Below, in pieces: positions 8,350 to 18,397 of a stretch of 64,000 bases of DNA. Below the pieces are notes generated by a model. The model had not been told where the DNA came from. It did no database searches and saw nothing but the letters and a program-made list of their open reading frames with translations. This stretch comes from an uncultured Acidobacteriota bacterium. Its GTDB lineage: Bacteria; Acidobacteriota; Vicinamibacteria; Fen-336. The stretch covers positions 4,785 to 68,784 of the forward strand of contig CAWHRC010000010.1 in assembly GCA_963831755.1 (NCBI GenBank), read 5' to 3'. The translations under genes were made by a program, and so were the position numbers. Numbering within the stretch: the stretch's first letter is position 1; each line of letters begins with the position of its first letter.

Positions 8350-9410
8350 TCAGGGCGTGCCCGTCGTGACGGCGGGCGGTGCCGCGCCCGCCGCGAACAG
8401 CTCCCGGAAGATGCGGCCGGCGACCGCCGAGGCTCCGTGGCCGCTGCCGCGCCGCAGGAACACGACGACCACCAGCTCCGGGTGCTCGGCCGGGGCGTAC
8501 GAGGCGAACCAGCCGAGCGCCGAGCAGGTGCCGGTCTTGCCCGCCACCGCCACGTCGGGGTCGAACGCCGGGCTCGCGCTGCCCTCGTTGACGGCGCCCA
8601 GGAAGCCCTGCGCGAGGCCGTCGAAGCGCGTGCCCTCGGGCAGGCGCCAGCGCTCGTGGGGCACGAAGTCCTGCGGGCCGGAGAGCACCGGCTGGAGCAC
8701 GACGCCGCCGTTGATCGCGGCGGAGATCAGCACCGCCGAGCTGCACGGCCGAGGTCGCGATGCCCTGCGCATGGCTCGAGAGGTGACCCCACGGCCTCGG
8801 GACTGGACCGACGCGGGCACGCAGCCCGGCCGCCTCGCCGGTCAGGTTGATGCCGGACGACCTCGCCCAGGCCGAGCAGGTGTGCGTAGCGCTGGATCGT
8901 CTGGTACCCGAGCTGCTCGCCGACCCACTCGAAGTAAGGGTTGCAGGAGACGGCCAGCGCACGGCGCAGGTCGATCGGCCCGTGCCCGGCCCACATCCAG
9001 CAGCCCTTCTGGCAGCGGTACGTCGTCTCGGGCGTGATCACGCCCTCGGACAGCCCGGCGATCGCGACGACGATCTTGAACACCGAGCAGGGCTGATACG
9101 CGCGCTGCATCGCCTCGACCGGGTTGACGACGGCGCTCACGCGGCCCGGTCCGCGGGTCCATCGCGACCACCGCGCCTCCGCGCCCGGCCGAGGGCGCGC
9201 TGGCAGGCCTGCCCGACGGCCAGGTCCCAGGACGAAGCGCTCGCGGGCAGGATCACCGACGGGCGCCGGCCGGGTGCGGCCGGTCGCCGGCGGGCGCCGC
9301 GCTTCCTGCGGGTCGCCGCCGTGGCGGGCGGGACCAGGAAGGCGGTGGCGAGCACCAGCGCCATCGCGCGGCCGAGGCGATCTCGGCAGGGATCGCTGAC
9401 GGGCCAGCAC
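8350..9410 (-). CDS. Small penicillin-binding transpeptidase-domain protein (several frameshifts)
   Basis: SxxK (PCSVFK), SxN (VSCNP) and KTG (GKTGTC) found across frames; start uncertain (GTG 9410 or ATG 9364). Confidence 0.8.
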
Positions 9411-9471
9411 GCGCCGCGAGCGTAGCACGCCGGCGGGCGGCCGGCGAGCGGACGCGCCTCGTTGTGAGCCT

Positions 9472-9492
9472 CGGCACGCGGATCGCTAGAAT
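9472..9492 (+). promoter_or_regulatory. Possible overlapping sigma54 (CGGCACG-CGGA-TCGCT) and sigma70 -10 (TAGAAT) promoter for the GWxTD gene
   Basis: GG-N10-GC spacing exact with one mismatch in the -12 box; TAGAAT at 9487-9492; SD AGGAGA at 9511-9516. Confidence 0.4.
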
Positions 9493-9523
9493 CGGGGGTC
9501 GCCAGATGCAAGGAGACTCCTCG

Positions 9524-10967
9524 ATGCGCGACCGCCGAAGCGGCGTCCTCGTCGTGCTCGCCCTCGTCGCTGCTGCGGCCCGGCGTCGGCCGCCGCCCAG
9601 AAGCTGGACAACGACGACAAGAAGTTCCTCGCGGACGTGCACCCGCTGATGCTCGCGGACGAGGAGACCATCTACAAGAAGCTCAAGGACAAGGGCGACC
9701 GGCTCGAGTTCCAGAAGATCTTCTGGGCCCGCCGCGATCCCGATCTCGCGACGCCGCAGAACGAGTTCCAGGAGCAGTACCTGAAGGACCGCGCCGAGGC
9801 GGACCAGAAGTTCAGGCTGCGCCGGCACGTCGGGCTCCATGACCGACTGCGGCCGCGTCTACATCCTGCTCGGCAAGCCGGACGAGGTCCAGGGCGACAC
9901 CAGCATGAACCCCGGCATGCGCGCACCGGAGACCTGGACGTACAAGGACAAGCCCGGCCGCACCTTCCAGGGCGGCAAGGCGACGATCGCCTTCGACGCC
10001 GACTGCCGGGGCACGGTCTCGCTCGACCAGCAGCTCGACCGGATCGCCGCGGCCAAGGTCGCACACCCGAACATCGACTATCGCGCGGGCAAGGACGGGA
10101 AGCTCGTCAAGGTGGCCGATCAGCTGCCGAAGGACACCTACGCCCGGGTCCTGCTGAGGGAGCCGCGACAGGACTTCCCGCTCGCTGTTCAGGCTTCCTA
10201 CCTGAAGACGGCTGACGGCTCGACCGCACTGCTCGGGGTCGTCCGGGGAGATGCGACCGGGCTCGCGCCCGGCAACGAGGCCAAGAGCGGTCAACGTGAC
10301 GATCGCCGCGAGTGCCGTGACCCCCGAGGGCAAGGAATTGGGCTGGGCCTCTCAGACGACGGAGGCGCCGATCTCGAGCGGCAAGTTCCTGGCGACATTC
10401 AAGATGGGTGCGAAACCCGGCAAGTGCACGCTACGCACGGCGGTCTACGCGACGAACACCAAGAAGGGTTCAGCCCTGTCGCTGCCGATCGAGGTGCCGG
10501 ACTTTGCCCAGGTGGAGACGGCCGCTGATGGCAGCACCCGGCCCGTGCTGTCGGGGACGGTCGTCATCGTGCGCGAGATGCAGCCCGTAGCGGAGAACGC
10601 GCCCGAGGATCCAGCCGATCCCTTCGCGGCCTTCCGACTCACCTCGGTGCGCGTGATCCCGTTGATGCCGTCCGACCTGCACAAGACGGACAGCGTCTCG
10701 TTCTTCTTCCAGGTCTACGACCTGCAGGTTGATCCGGCGACGAAGAAGGCCCGGGGCACGGCCCGCGTCCGGCTGGTCAAGGAAGGGAAGGGGCAGATCA
10801 CGAGCTCGGAAGAAACCGCGATCGACACTCCCATGGTCGGAACGGAGATCGGCCCCGTGGCGCTGTCGAGCCTGGATCCGGGGAAGTACGTGGCCCGGCT
10901 CGAAGCCACGGACAAGATCGCGCAGAAGACGATCACCCGCGAAGCCGCCTTCGAGATCCGGCCATAG
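9524..10967 (+). CDS. GWxTD-domain-like secreted protein (several frameshifts)
   Basis: Signal peptide; FQKIFWARRDPD...NEF and TDCGRVYILLGKPD, ETWTY; C-terminal beta-rich domain. Confidence 0.75.
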
Positions 10968-10971
10968 CCAG

Positions 10972-11244
10972 GTGAACAAGGCCGAGCTGGTGGCCCGTGT
11001 CGCGCGCGACACCGGCCTCACCAAGGCCGACGTCCTGCGCGCGCTCGACGCCGTGCTCGACAACGTGGCGCGCTCGCTGCGGCGCGGAGAGAAGGTGACG
11101 CTCGTCGACTTCGGCACCTTCCTCGTGACGAGGCGGCGGGCGCGCCAGGGACACAACCCACACACCGGCCAGGCGATCCGCATCGCCGGCCGCAAGTGGC
11201 CGCGCTTCGCGGCCGGCAAGGCCCTGCGCCGGCTGGTGCGCTAG
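10972..11244 (+). CDS. HU/IHF-family DNA-binding protein
   Basis: NKAELV...GLTKA...GEKVTLVDFGTF...NPHTGQAIRI...PRFAAGKAL; 90 aa. Confidence 0.88.
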   Translation: MNKAELVARVARDTGLTKADVLRALDAVLDNVARSLRRGEKVTLVDFGTFLVTRRRARQGHNPHTGQAIRIAGRKWPRFAAGKALRRLVR

Positions 11245-11245
11245 C

Positions 11246-12422
11246 CTAGGCCGGCTTCGCGCTCTTGGCGTGCAGCAGCTCGAGCGCCTTGTCGAGGATG
11301 TGGTCCGGCCTCGGCGCGCCCGGCGGCAGGTCGTCGTCCTCGTCGGGCGTCGCGTCCACGGCCACGGTGGGCTTGAGTCCCTCGCCGTGGATCGCCGTGC
11401 CCTTGGGCGAGACGTACTTCGCCATGGTGAGCACGAGGCCGCCCTCCGCCAGCGGCACCGCGTGCGTGATGCCCGCCCGCCCGAACGTGTGCTCGCCGAC
11501 GAGCCTTGTGCCGCTCGCCGTCGACCAGCGCCGCGGCGATCACCTCCGCCGGCCCGGCGGTGCCGTTGTTGGTGAGCACCACCAGCGGGCCCGACCACGC
11601 CGAGCGGCGGGGGTCCGCCTGCAGCAGCTGCTCGTCCACCCGGCGGCCCACGACCTTGGCGACCGGCCCGCCCTTGAGGAAGATCTCGGCCACGCCCACG
11701 CCGTCCGCCGGGGAGCCGTACGCCGCGTCGCGCAGGTCGAGCACGAGCTGGCGTGCGCCGCCCTTCTTCAGCGACTCCACCTGCGTGCGCACCTCGTCGG
11801 CGGTCGCGGGCGTGAACTCGGCGACCTTGACGTAGCCGATGGACCCGTCGAGCATCCGCCCCTCCGGCGCCGCCGGCAACAGGCGCTCGCGCGTGACGGT
11901 CACCTCGAGCGGGTCGGCCCCCAGCCTCAGGATGCCGAGCTTCACCGACGAGCCCGGCGCGCCGTGCAGCAGGCGCTCCGCGACCACGGCCGGCATCTGC
12001 CGCGTGTGCCGCTCGTCGATCGACTTGAGGAGGTCGCCGGCGCGCAGGCCGGCCTTCGCCGCCGGCGACCCCGGCCGCGCGGCGACCACCATCACGAACG
12101 AGAAGCGCCGCGTGAGCACCAGCCCCACGTCCGCGTCGCCGTCCTTCGCCGGCTGCTGGTAGGCGCGGAACTCGTCGGCGTCGAGGTAGGTGCTGTCGCC
12201 GTCGAGGGCGTCGGCCATTCCCTGGCGGGCGCCCGCCATCGCGCGCTCGATGTTCACCGGCTCGACGTAGGAGTCGACGACGTCCTTCACGACCTCGTTG
12301 AAGACGAGGAGCTGGCCGTAGCTCGTGTCCCCGAAGACCCTCCCGAGGAGGGATCCGACGGCGATGTAGCCGATCAGGACGGTCGAGACGAGGGCCACGG
12401 CGAGGCGGGTGCGCGGGCTCAT
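11246..12422 (-). CDS. S41/CtpA-like PDZ protein lacking the catalytic Ser-Lys dyad (frameshift near 11510)
   Basis: N-terminal membrane anchor, PDZ (GSPAAKAGLRAGD), IGYVKV, LVLDLR, VLTNNGTAGPAE, GEHTFGRAG, LT.AKY.SPKG. Confidence 0.8.
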
Positions 12423-12477
12423 GATTCCAGCAGGATACCACCGCCCGGCCGAGGCGGCTCGGGCGCGCCGGGAGGCG

Positions 12478-13647
12478 TCAGGGCCGCTTCAGCCAGTCCA
12501 GCGGGTCCTCGGCGCGCCCCTGGTAGCGCATCTCGAAGTAGAGGCCGGGGCTGTCCGGTCCGCCCTCGCCGGCCGTGCCCAGGACGGTGCCGGCCTCCAC
12601 CTCCTGGCCCACCGCGACGGACACCTCCTGCAGCTGCGCGTAGAGCGAGTGGTGCTTGCCGCCGTGGTCGACCACGACCATCAGGCCGTAGCCGAGGAAG
12701 CGATCGGCGAACACCACGCGGCCCTCGTGAACCGCTCGCACCGGAGTGTCCGGGGCCGCCTCGATCTCGATCCCGTTGTGCACGGTGTAGGTGTCGAAGC
12801 GCGGGTGCTTGCGGCGGCCGAAACCCGCGAGCACCCGCCCCTCGACCGGCCAGGGCAGCCCGCCGCGAAAGGCCCCCATGGGCACCGCCACCTCCTCGCC
12901 GCCCAGCCCGTCGAGCAGCCGCTGCAGCCTCGTCTCGGCCTGCGCCAGCTCCTCGAGGTAGGCGGCGTTCAGCTCCTTCTTCTCGACCAGCGATGTGAGC
13001 AGGGCGGTCTTGCGCGCGCGCTGGGCGTCGAGCTCGCGGCGCGCGGCCGACAGCCGGTTGCGCAGGTCGATCGACTCGCGCGTGCGCTGCTCGAGCGTCG
13101 ACTTCTCCTTCGTCAGCCGCTCGAGGTCGGCGCGGAAGGCGGCCACCTGCGCGTTGTCGCGGCGCGCCAGCGTCGAGACGAAGCGGTAGCCCCGGAAGAA
13201 GTCCGAGGGGCGGTCGATCGAGAGCAGCAGCCGCAGGTAGCTCATCTCGCCGAGCTTGTACAGGGCCCGCGCGTGGGCCGCCAGCGCGGGACGGGAGGCC
13301 GCCAGGCTCGCCTCGAGCCGGGCGACGCGGGCCACGGTGGCGTCGAGCTCCGCCCGCGTCTTCTTGAGCGTGAGCTGGATCTCGGTCAGCGCCTCCGTGC
13401 GCAGGCGCAGCTCCAGCTCGAGCTGCTCGACCTCGCCCAGCAGGCTCCGCTCCTCGCCGCGCAGCCGCGCCAGCTCCTTCTCGAGCGCGGCGCGCCGCTC
13501 GCGCACCCGCTCGAGCCGCTGCTGGTCCGTCTCGGGCCTGCGGGTGGCGGCCGCCGGCGCGTCCTGCGCCGCTGCTGCCGCGGGGGGAGCCGCCGCGGGC
13601 AGGGTCGCCCCTGCCGCGACGAGCGCCAGCAGCAGGCCCGCGATCAA
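12478..13647 (-). CDS. envC: Murein hydrolase activator EnvC-like (coiled coil plus degenerate M23/LytM domain)
   Basis: Signal peptide, long coiled coil, LPWPVEG, HNGIEI, YAQL and PGLYFE (zinc-ligand His residues lost, as in EnvC). Confidence 0.8.
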   Translation of the reverse strand: MIAGLLLALVAAGATLPAAAPPAAAAAQDAPAAATRRPETDQQRLERVRERRAALEKELARLRGEERSLLGEVEQLELELRLRTEALTEIQLTLKKTRAELDATVARVARLEASLAASRPALAAHARALYKLGEMSYLRLLLSIDRPSDFFRGYRFVSTLARRDNAQVAAFRADLERLTKEKSTLEQRTRESIDLRNRLSAARRELDAQRARKTALLTSLVEKKELNAAYLEELAQAETRLQRLLDGLGGEEVAVPMGAFRGGLPWPVEGRVLAGFGRRKHPRFDTYTVHNGIEIEAAPDTPVRAVHEGRVVFADRFLGYGLMVVVDHGGKHHSLYAQLQEVSVAVGQEVEAGTVLGTAGEGGPDSPGLYFEMRYQGRAEDPLDWLKRP

Positions 13648-13663
13648 CTCCGGCCGGTCCCGC

Positions 13664-15763
13664 TCACCACAGCGGCTTGCCGTCGTAGTCGGCCGGGACC
13701 TCTGCCCCCAGCAGCTTCAGGACCGACGGTGCGATGTCCATGATCGACGGCTCGTCCGTGGTGATCTTGCGGTTGCTGAAGAAGACGCCGTGGCTGATCT
13801 CGGTCGCGGTCGCGCAGTGGTCGCCCGACCACTTGCGGTTGTTGTTCTCGATCACGGCACGGCGGATCCCGCCGAGCGTGTCCTGCCAGCCGACCCGGTA
13901 GCCGTCGAGGAAGCCGACCTGCAGGTCGGGCGCCAGCTGCAGGTACTCGCCCTTGTAGATGTCGTCGCGCCGGTAGACGTCCGCGAACACGCGCTCGCCC
14001 GTCTCGGGATCGACGAGCGGCACCAGCTTCGAGCGGATCTCCTCCTGGAGCTGGCGGTACTCCTCGCCGGCCGAGACGATGCCCTTCGGCTCGCGGCCCT
14101 TGAGGTTGAAGTAGATCTGCCCGAGCCCGACCGCGTAGGCCTTGGTCTGGGACCAGTCGACGCCCTCGAAGAACTTCCCGCGGCCGACGAGCTCGGCCGG
14201 CGCCTTCTCCCCGCTCTGCCCCTGCACGGTCATGTAGCCGTTCTGCAGCAGCCAGGTGTTGAGGTTGACCTCGCGGCGGAACGAGTGGAAGCCGTGGTCG
14301 GACATGATCATGAACAGCGCGTCCTTCGGCAGCTTCTGGCGCACGCGGCCGACGAAGTCGTCGGCCCGGCGGTACACCTTCTCGATCGAGTCGCCGTAGC
14401 GCGCGGCCAGGTCCTTGTCGTACATGGGATGGCGGGGGTCGGTCAGCCGCCACATCATGTGCGAGATGCGGTCGGTCGTCTCGATCGCCGCCACGAACAG
14501 GTCCCAGTCGTCGCGCTTCAGGTTCTCCAGGATGATCTTCTCGCGGTCGTCCATCGCGCGGTCCGAGTCGTACAGGAACTCGGCCTCGTCGAGCCGGCCC
14601 TCGTTGAGCGGCTTGTCGGCCGACTCCGCCCAGCCGAGCGTCCGGTAGATCCCGATCTTCCCCGCCAGCTCGGCCGAGAAGGAGTCCGGCTTCGACAGCG
14701 GCTCGGGCGGGTCGCGCGGGTCCATGTTGAGGGGCGAGGCGTAGAGGCGCAGCTCCTTGTCCGCCTGGCTGACGTGGAACTGCGTCATCCCGTGCAGGCG
14801 GATGAGCGCGTTGACCCTGAACGTGAGCGGGACCCAGGGGCTCCAGTCGCCGGCCTTCAGGCTGAGCTTCTGGCCCTGGATCTCGAGCTCGGCGCGCCCG
14901 GACCCCTCGTTCCAGCGCACCTTCAGCGGCAGGTTGATGTCCTTGCCGGTCGAGAGCTCGTCCAGCCGCGCCAGCTCCTTGTCGGAGAGCGGGCCGGCCT
15001 TCCTCTTCTGCTTGAGCTCGCCCTCCTCCTGCCTGAGCACCGGGTTCTCCGGCCCCTTCAGCGCGGTCTCGGCCACGCCGCCGTCGAAGAGCAGGCGCTT
15101 CAGGATGCCGCCGGCCTCGGCATTGCCCTCCTCGTACGACGAGAGGTCGGTGGCCCAGTAGTAGAACGTGCCCATCGAGGCGCGCAGGTCCGGGGCCGGG
15201 AGCCCGCCGAGCAGGTCGCCGTGGTGCAGCTCCTCCGGCGGCCAGGTCACCGGGACGGTGAGCACGACGCTGTCGATGCCGTCGGCCGACGCCGTCTTCC
15301 AGAAGGACGTGCCGCCGCGCGTCGACTCGATCTTCGCCTTCTGGGTCACGAAGAGGCCCCACAGGAACCTCGGCGGCTCCCTGCGCACCATGTTGAGGTC
15401 GGGCATGTACGCGCGCGCCTCGTCGAGGTGGCGGATCAGGAAGTCGTAGATGCTGTGCTTGCCCGGGTTGACGCCGGTCGCGAAGCTCGACCAGGCCGTC
15501 GGCGACTCGGACGGCTGCGTCGACTTGAGCCGGGCGAAGCTGCCCTCGTCCGCGAGCGCCTTCAGGTTCGGCAGCTTGCCCTCGTCCATCCACTTGCGGG
15601 CGAGCGTCGGGTCCATGCCGTCGAAGCCGAGCACGACCACGCGCTGCCCCGAGCGGCGGAGCGGCTTGCCGCCGGGGAGCGACGTCCGGCAGTCGACGAG
15701 CGGCAGGGCCAGGACCGCGACGAGCGCGACGGACAGGGCCGCGAGACGGGTGGCAGACGCCAT
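13664..15763 (-). CDS. Alkaline phosphatase superfamily / nucleotide pyrophosphatase-phosphodiesterase family protein
   Basis: VVLGFDGMD, STQPSESPTAWSSFATGVNPGKH, TDRISH, MSDHGF, WSGDH; N-terminal signal or anchor. Confidence 0.85.
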   Translation of the reverse strand: MASATRLAALSVALVAVLALPLVDCRTSLPGGKPLRRSGQRVVVLGFDGMDPTLARKWMDEGKLPNLKALADEGSFARLKSTQPSESPTAWSSFATGVNPGKHSIYDFLIRHLDEARAYMPDLNMVRREPPRFLWGLFVTQKAKIESTRGGTSFWKTASADGIDSVVLTVPVTWPPEELHHGDLLGGLPAPDLRASMGTFYYWATDLSSYEEGNAEAGGILKRLLFDGGVAETALKGPENPVLRQEEGELKQKRKAGPLSDKELARLDELSTGKDINLPLKVRWNEGSGRAELEIQGQKLSLKAGDWSPWVPLTFRVNALIRLHGMTQFHVSQADKELRLYASPLNMDPRDPPEPLSKPDSFSAELAGKIGIYRTLGWAESADKPLNEGRLDEAEFLYDSDRAMDDREKIILENLKRDDWDLFVAAIETTDRISHMMWRLTDPRHPMYDKDLAARYGDSIEKVYRRADDFVGRVRQKLPKDALFMIMSDHGFHSFRREVNLNTWLLQNGYMTVQGQSGEKAPAELVGRGKFFEGVDWSQTKAYAVGLGQIYFNLKGREPKGIVSAGEEYRQLQEEIRSKLVPLVDPETGERVFADVYRRDDIYKGEYLQLAPDLQVGFLDGYRVGWQDTLGGIRRAVIENNNRKWSGDHCATATEISHGVFFSNRKITTDEPSIMDIAPSVLKLLGAEVPADYDGKPLW

Positions 15764-15842
15764 CAAACCAGTCTACCCGAGCGCCGGCGCCCGCCGGTAG
15801 GCGCGCGACGAGGCCCGATTGCCCCGTAGAATGGTCGAGCCC

Positions 15843-16693
15843 ATGGCCCGCCCCTCGTCGGTCCTCTGTCCCTCCTGCGGCTCGCTGGTCGGCGTCAAGG
15901 ACGCGCAGTGCCTGAACTGCGGACGGCGCAACCCGGGGATGTGGGGACTCGCCCACCTGCTGCGCAACTGGGCGACGACATGGGCTTCGCGAAGATCGTG
16001 ATGTGGGTGTGCGGCGCCTTGTACCTGGCCTGCCTCGCCTCGGACCCCGAGGGCATCGAGATGAGCGGGCTATTCTCGATGCTGTCGCCCAGCCTGCGCA
16101 GCGAGTTCCTGTTCGGCGCCAGCGGCGCCGTGCCGGTCTTCGTCTACGGCCGCTGGTGGACCGTGCTGAGCGCCGCCTGGCTGCACGGCGGCGTCCTGCA
16201 CATCCTGTTCAACATGCTGTGGGTGCGCGACCTGGCGCCCCCGACCGCCCGGCTCTACGGCCCCGGGCGAACGGTCATCATCTACACGGTGTCGAGCGTG
16301 ACGGGCTTCCTGGCGAGCAGCGCGGCCGGGGCGTTCCTGTCGTTCATGCCCCGCTTCCTCGGCGGTGCGGGGTTCACCCTCGGCGCGTCGGCGCCGATCT
16401 TCGGCCTGATCGGGGCCCTGCTGCACTACGGCCGGCGCGGCGGCAGCACGGCGATCGGCCAGCAGGCGAAGAGCCTCGCCCTCGCCATGCTGGTCTTCGG
16501 GTTCGTGATGCCCGGGGTCGACAACTGGGCGCACCTCGGCGGCCTGGCCGGAGGCTACCTATCGTCGCGCGTGCTCGACCCGCTCAAGCCCGAGCGCGGA
16601 GACCACGTGATCGTCGCCTTCGCCTGCCTCGTCCTGTCGCTGGCGTCGGTCGCCGCCTCGGTCTACTACGGGTGGCCCCTGTTTCACCGGTAG
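15843..16693 (+). CDS. Rhomboid intramembrane serine protease with N-terminal zinc ribbon (frameshift near 15965)
   Basis: CPSC...CLNC; RWWTVLSAAWLHGGVLHILFNM; LGASAP (catalytic Ser); NWAHLGG (catalytic His). Confidence 0.88.
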
Positions 16694-16720
16694 CGTCGGC
16701 CCGCGCGCCGACGGCGGGGA

Positions 16721-17849
16721 TCACGAGCGGTCGTTCGAGTCCGGGCCCTTCTTCGGCGGCTTCGGGACGCGCACGGCGCCCGGCTTCGGGGTGGGCGCAC
16801 GCACGACCACCTTCGGCGAGCGCGGCTGCGGCGTCGAGGCCCGCACCACCACCTTCTTGAGCGGAGAGACGACGCGCGTCGGCCCGGCGTCGTCCACCGG
16901 CACCGTGCGCATGTCGTCATGCAGCGGGATCAGGGTCGGCTCGTGCGAGCGCAGCTCGTCGCCCTCCTCGCCCGCCATGCCGCGCCCGAAGATCGACGTC
17001 AGGTAGTGCTTGAGCGTGAGGTTGGTCGGCCCGTAGCCCTTGTCGTAGAGGAAGTGCTCGCAGGCCTCGCCCATGGCGGCCGCCGAGGCGAAGCGGCGGG
17101 CCGGCGTGGCGCTCGAGCGCGCGCCCCAGGATGGCCTCGACACCGTCGGGCACCGCCGGGTTGTAGCTCCTCGCGGACGGTATGTCCGCGGTCACCACCC
17201 GCTCCAGCACCTCGGCGGTGGTCTCGCCGTGGAACAGCCGCTCGCCCGTCAGCATCTCGAACAGCACGGCGCCCAGCGAGAACAGGTCGCTGCGCTGGTC
17301 GGCCCGCATCTCGACCACCATCTCGGGCGCCATGTAGGAGGGCTTGCCCGCGAGGTAGCTCTCGCGCGTGCCGCTGCGTGCCGCGATCCCGAAGTCGATC
17401 AGCTTGACCGTGCCCTCGCTGGTCATCATCACGTTGCTCGGGCTCACGTCGCGGTGCACGATGCGCGCCTTCTCGAACACGTACTGCAGCGCGCGGCAGA
17501 CGCGGCTGGTGATGAAGACGCTCAGCTCCACGTCGGGCAGGCAGCCCAGCTCGCGGTGCCGGTCGAGGTACTCGACCAGGCTCCAGCCGTCGATGTACTC
17601 GAGCACGATGCACAGCTCGCCGTCGACCCGCTCGAAGTCGAAGATGCGCCCGATGTTCTCGTGGTCGAGCACCGCGTAGCGGCGCGCCTCCTCGACGAAC
17701 AGGCGCAGGTGGTCGGGGTCGGGGGTCTTGAGCTGCTTGATCACGATCGGCCGCTGGAAGCCCGCCTCCCCGAGCAGCAGGCCCTTGCGCACGGTCCCCA
17801 TCCCTCCGGCGCCCAGCTCCTGCAGGATGCGGTACTTCGGCTCGGACAA
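16721..17849 (-). CDS. Hanks-type Ser/Thr protein kinase with Pro/Lys-rich tail (frameshift near 17110)
   Basis: LGAGGMGTV, IVIK, HRDVSPSN, DFG, YMAPE, SDLFSLG. Confidence 0.9.
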
Positions 17850-17950
17850 GGCCCCCCCAGGTGCGTTCGCGGAGGATTGCGTATGCCCCGGCGGGTGTCA
17901 AGGCAGCGGGCGGGCGGGCGCGCCGGCACGCACGGCTATACTGGCGAGAG

Positions 17951-18397
17951 GTGCGCATCATGGCCCTGGACGTGGGCGAGGTCCGGATCGGCGTCGCGCT
18001 CTCCGACGAGACGGAGACGCTCGCCTCCACGCTGACGACGCTGAAGGCCGTGGGCCCGCGGCGGGACGCGCAGTCCGTGGCCGCCCTCGCGCGCGAGCAC
18101 GCGGCCGGGAAGCTCGTCGTCGGCGTGCCGTACCGACTCGACGGCAGCGTCGGCCCGCAGGCGGAGAGGGTGCTGGCGTTCGTCGAGCGCCTGCGCCGGT
18201 CGCTGCGCCTGCCGGTCTCGACCTGGGACGAGCGGCTGACCTCGGTCGAGGCCGTCCGGCGCCTGGCCATGGCGGGCGTGAAGCGGCGCCAGCGCAAGTC
18301 GCGTGTCGACAGCGCCGCCGCGGCGCTCATCCTTCAGGAGTACCTCGACTCCGGTCGGGCGACACCTGCGGCGCCCGCCCCCGGGTCCGACGCGTGA
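17951..18397 (+). CDS. ruvX: Holliday junction resolvase-like / pre-16S rRNA maturation nuclease YqgF
   Basis: MALDVGEVRIGVALSD, VVGVP, WDERLTS, VDSAAAALILQEYLD. Confidence 0.9.
   Translation: MRIMALDVGEVRIGVALSDETETLASTLTTLKAVGPRRDAQSVAALAREHAAGKLVVGVPYRLDGSVGPQAERVLAFVERLRRSLRLPVSTWDERLTSVEAVRRLAMAGVKRRQRKSRVDSAAAALILQEYLDSGRATPAAPAPGSDA

Noticed and set aside
12478-13647. Active M23 endopeptidase
   Set aside because: Zinc ligands are degenerate (HNGIE, YAQL, PGLYF), matching the known inactive EnvC type; not novel by itself.
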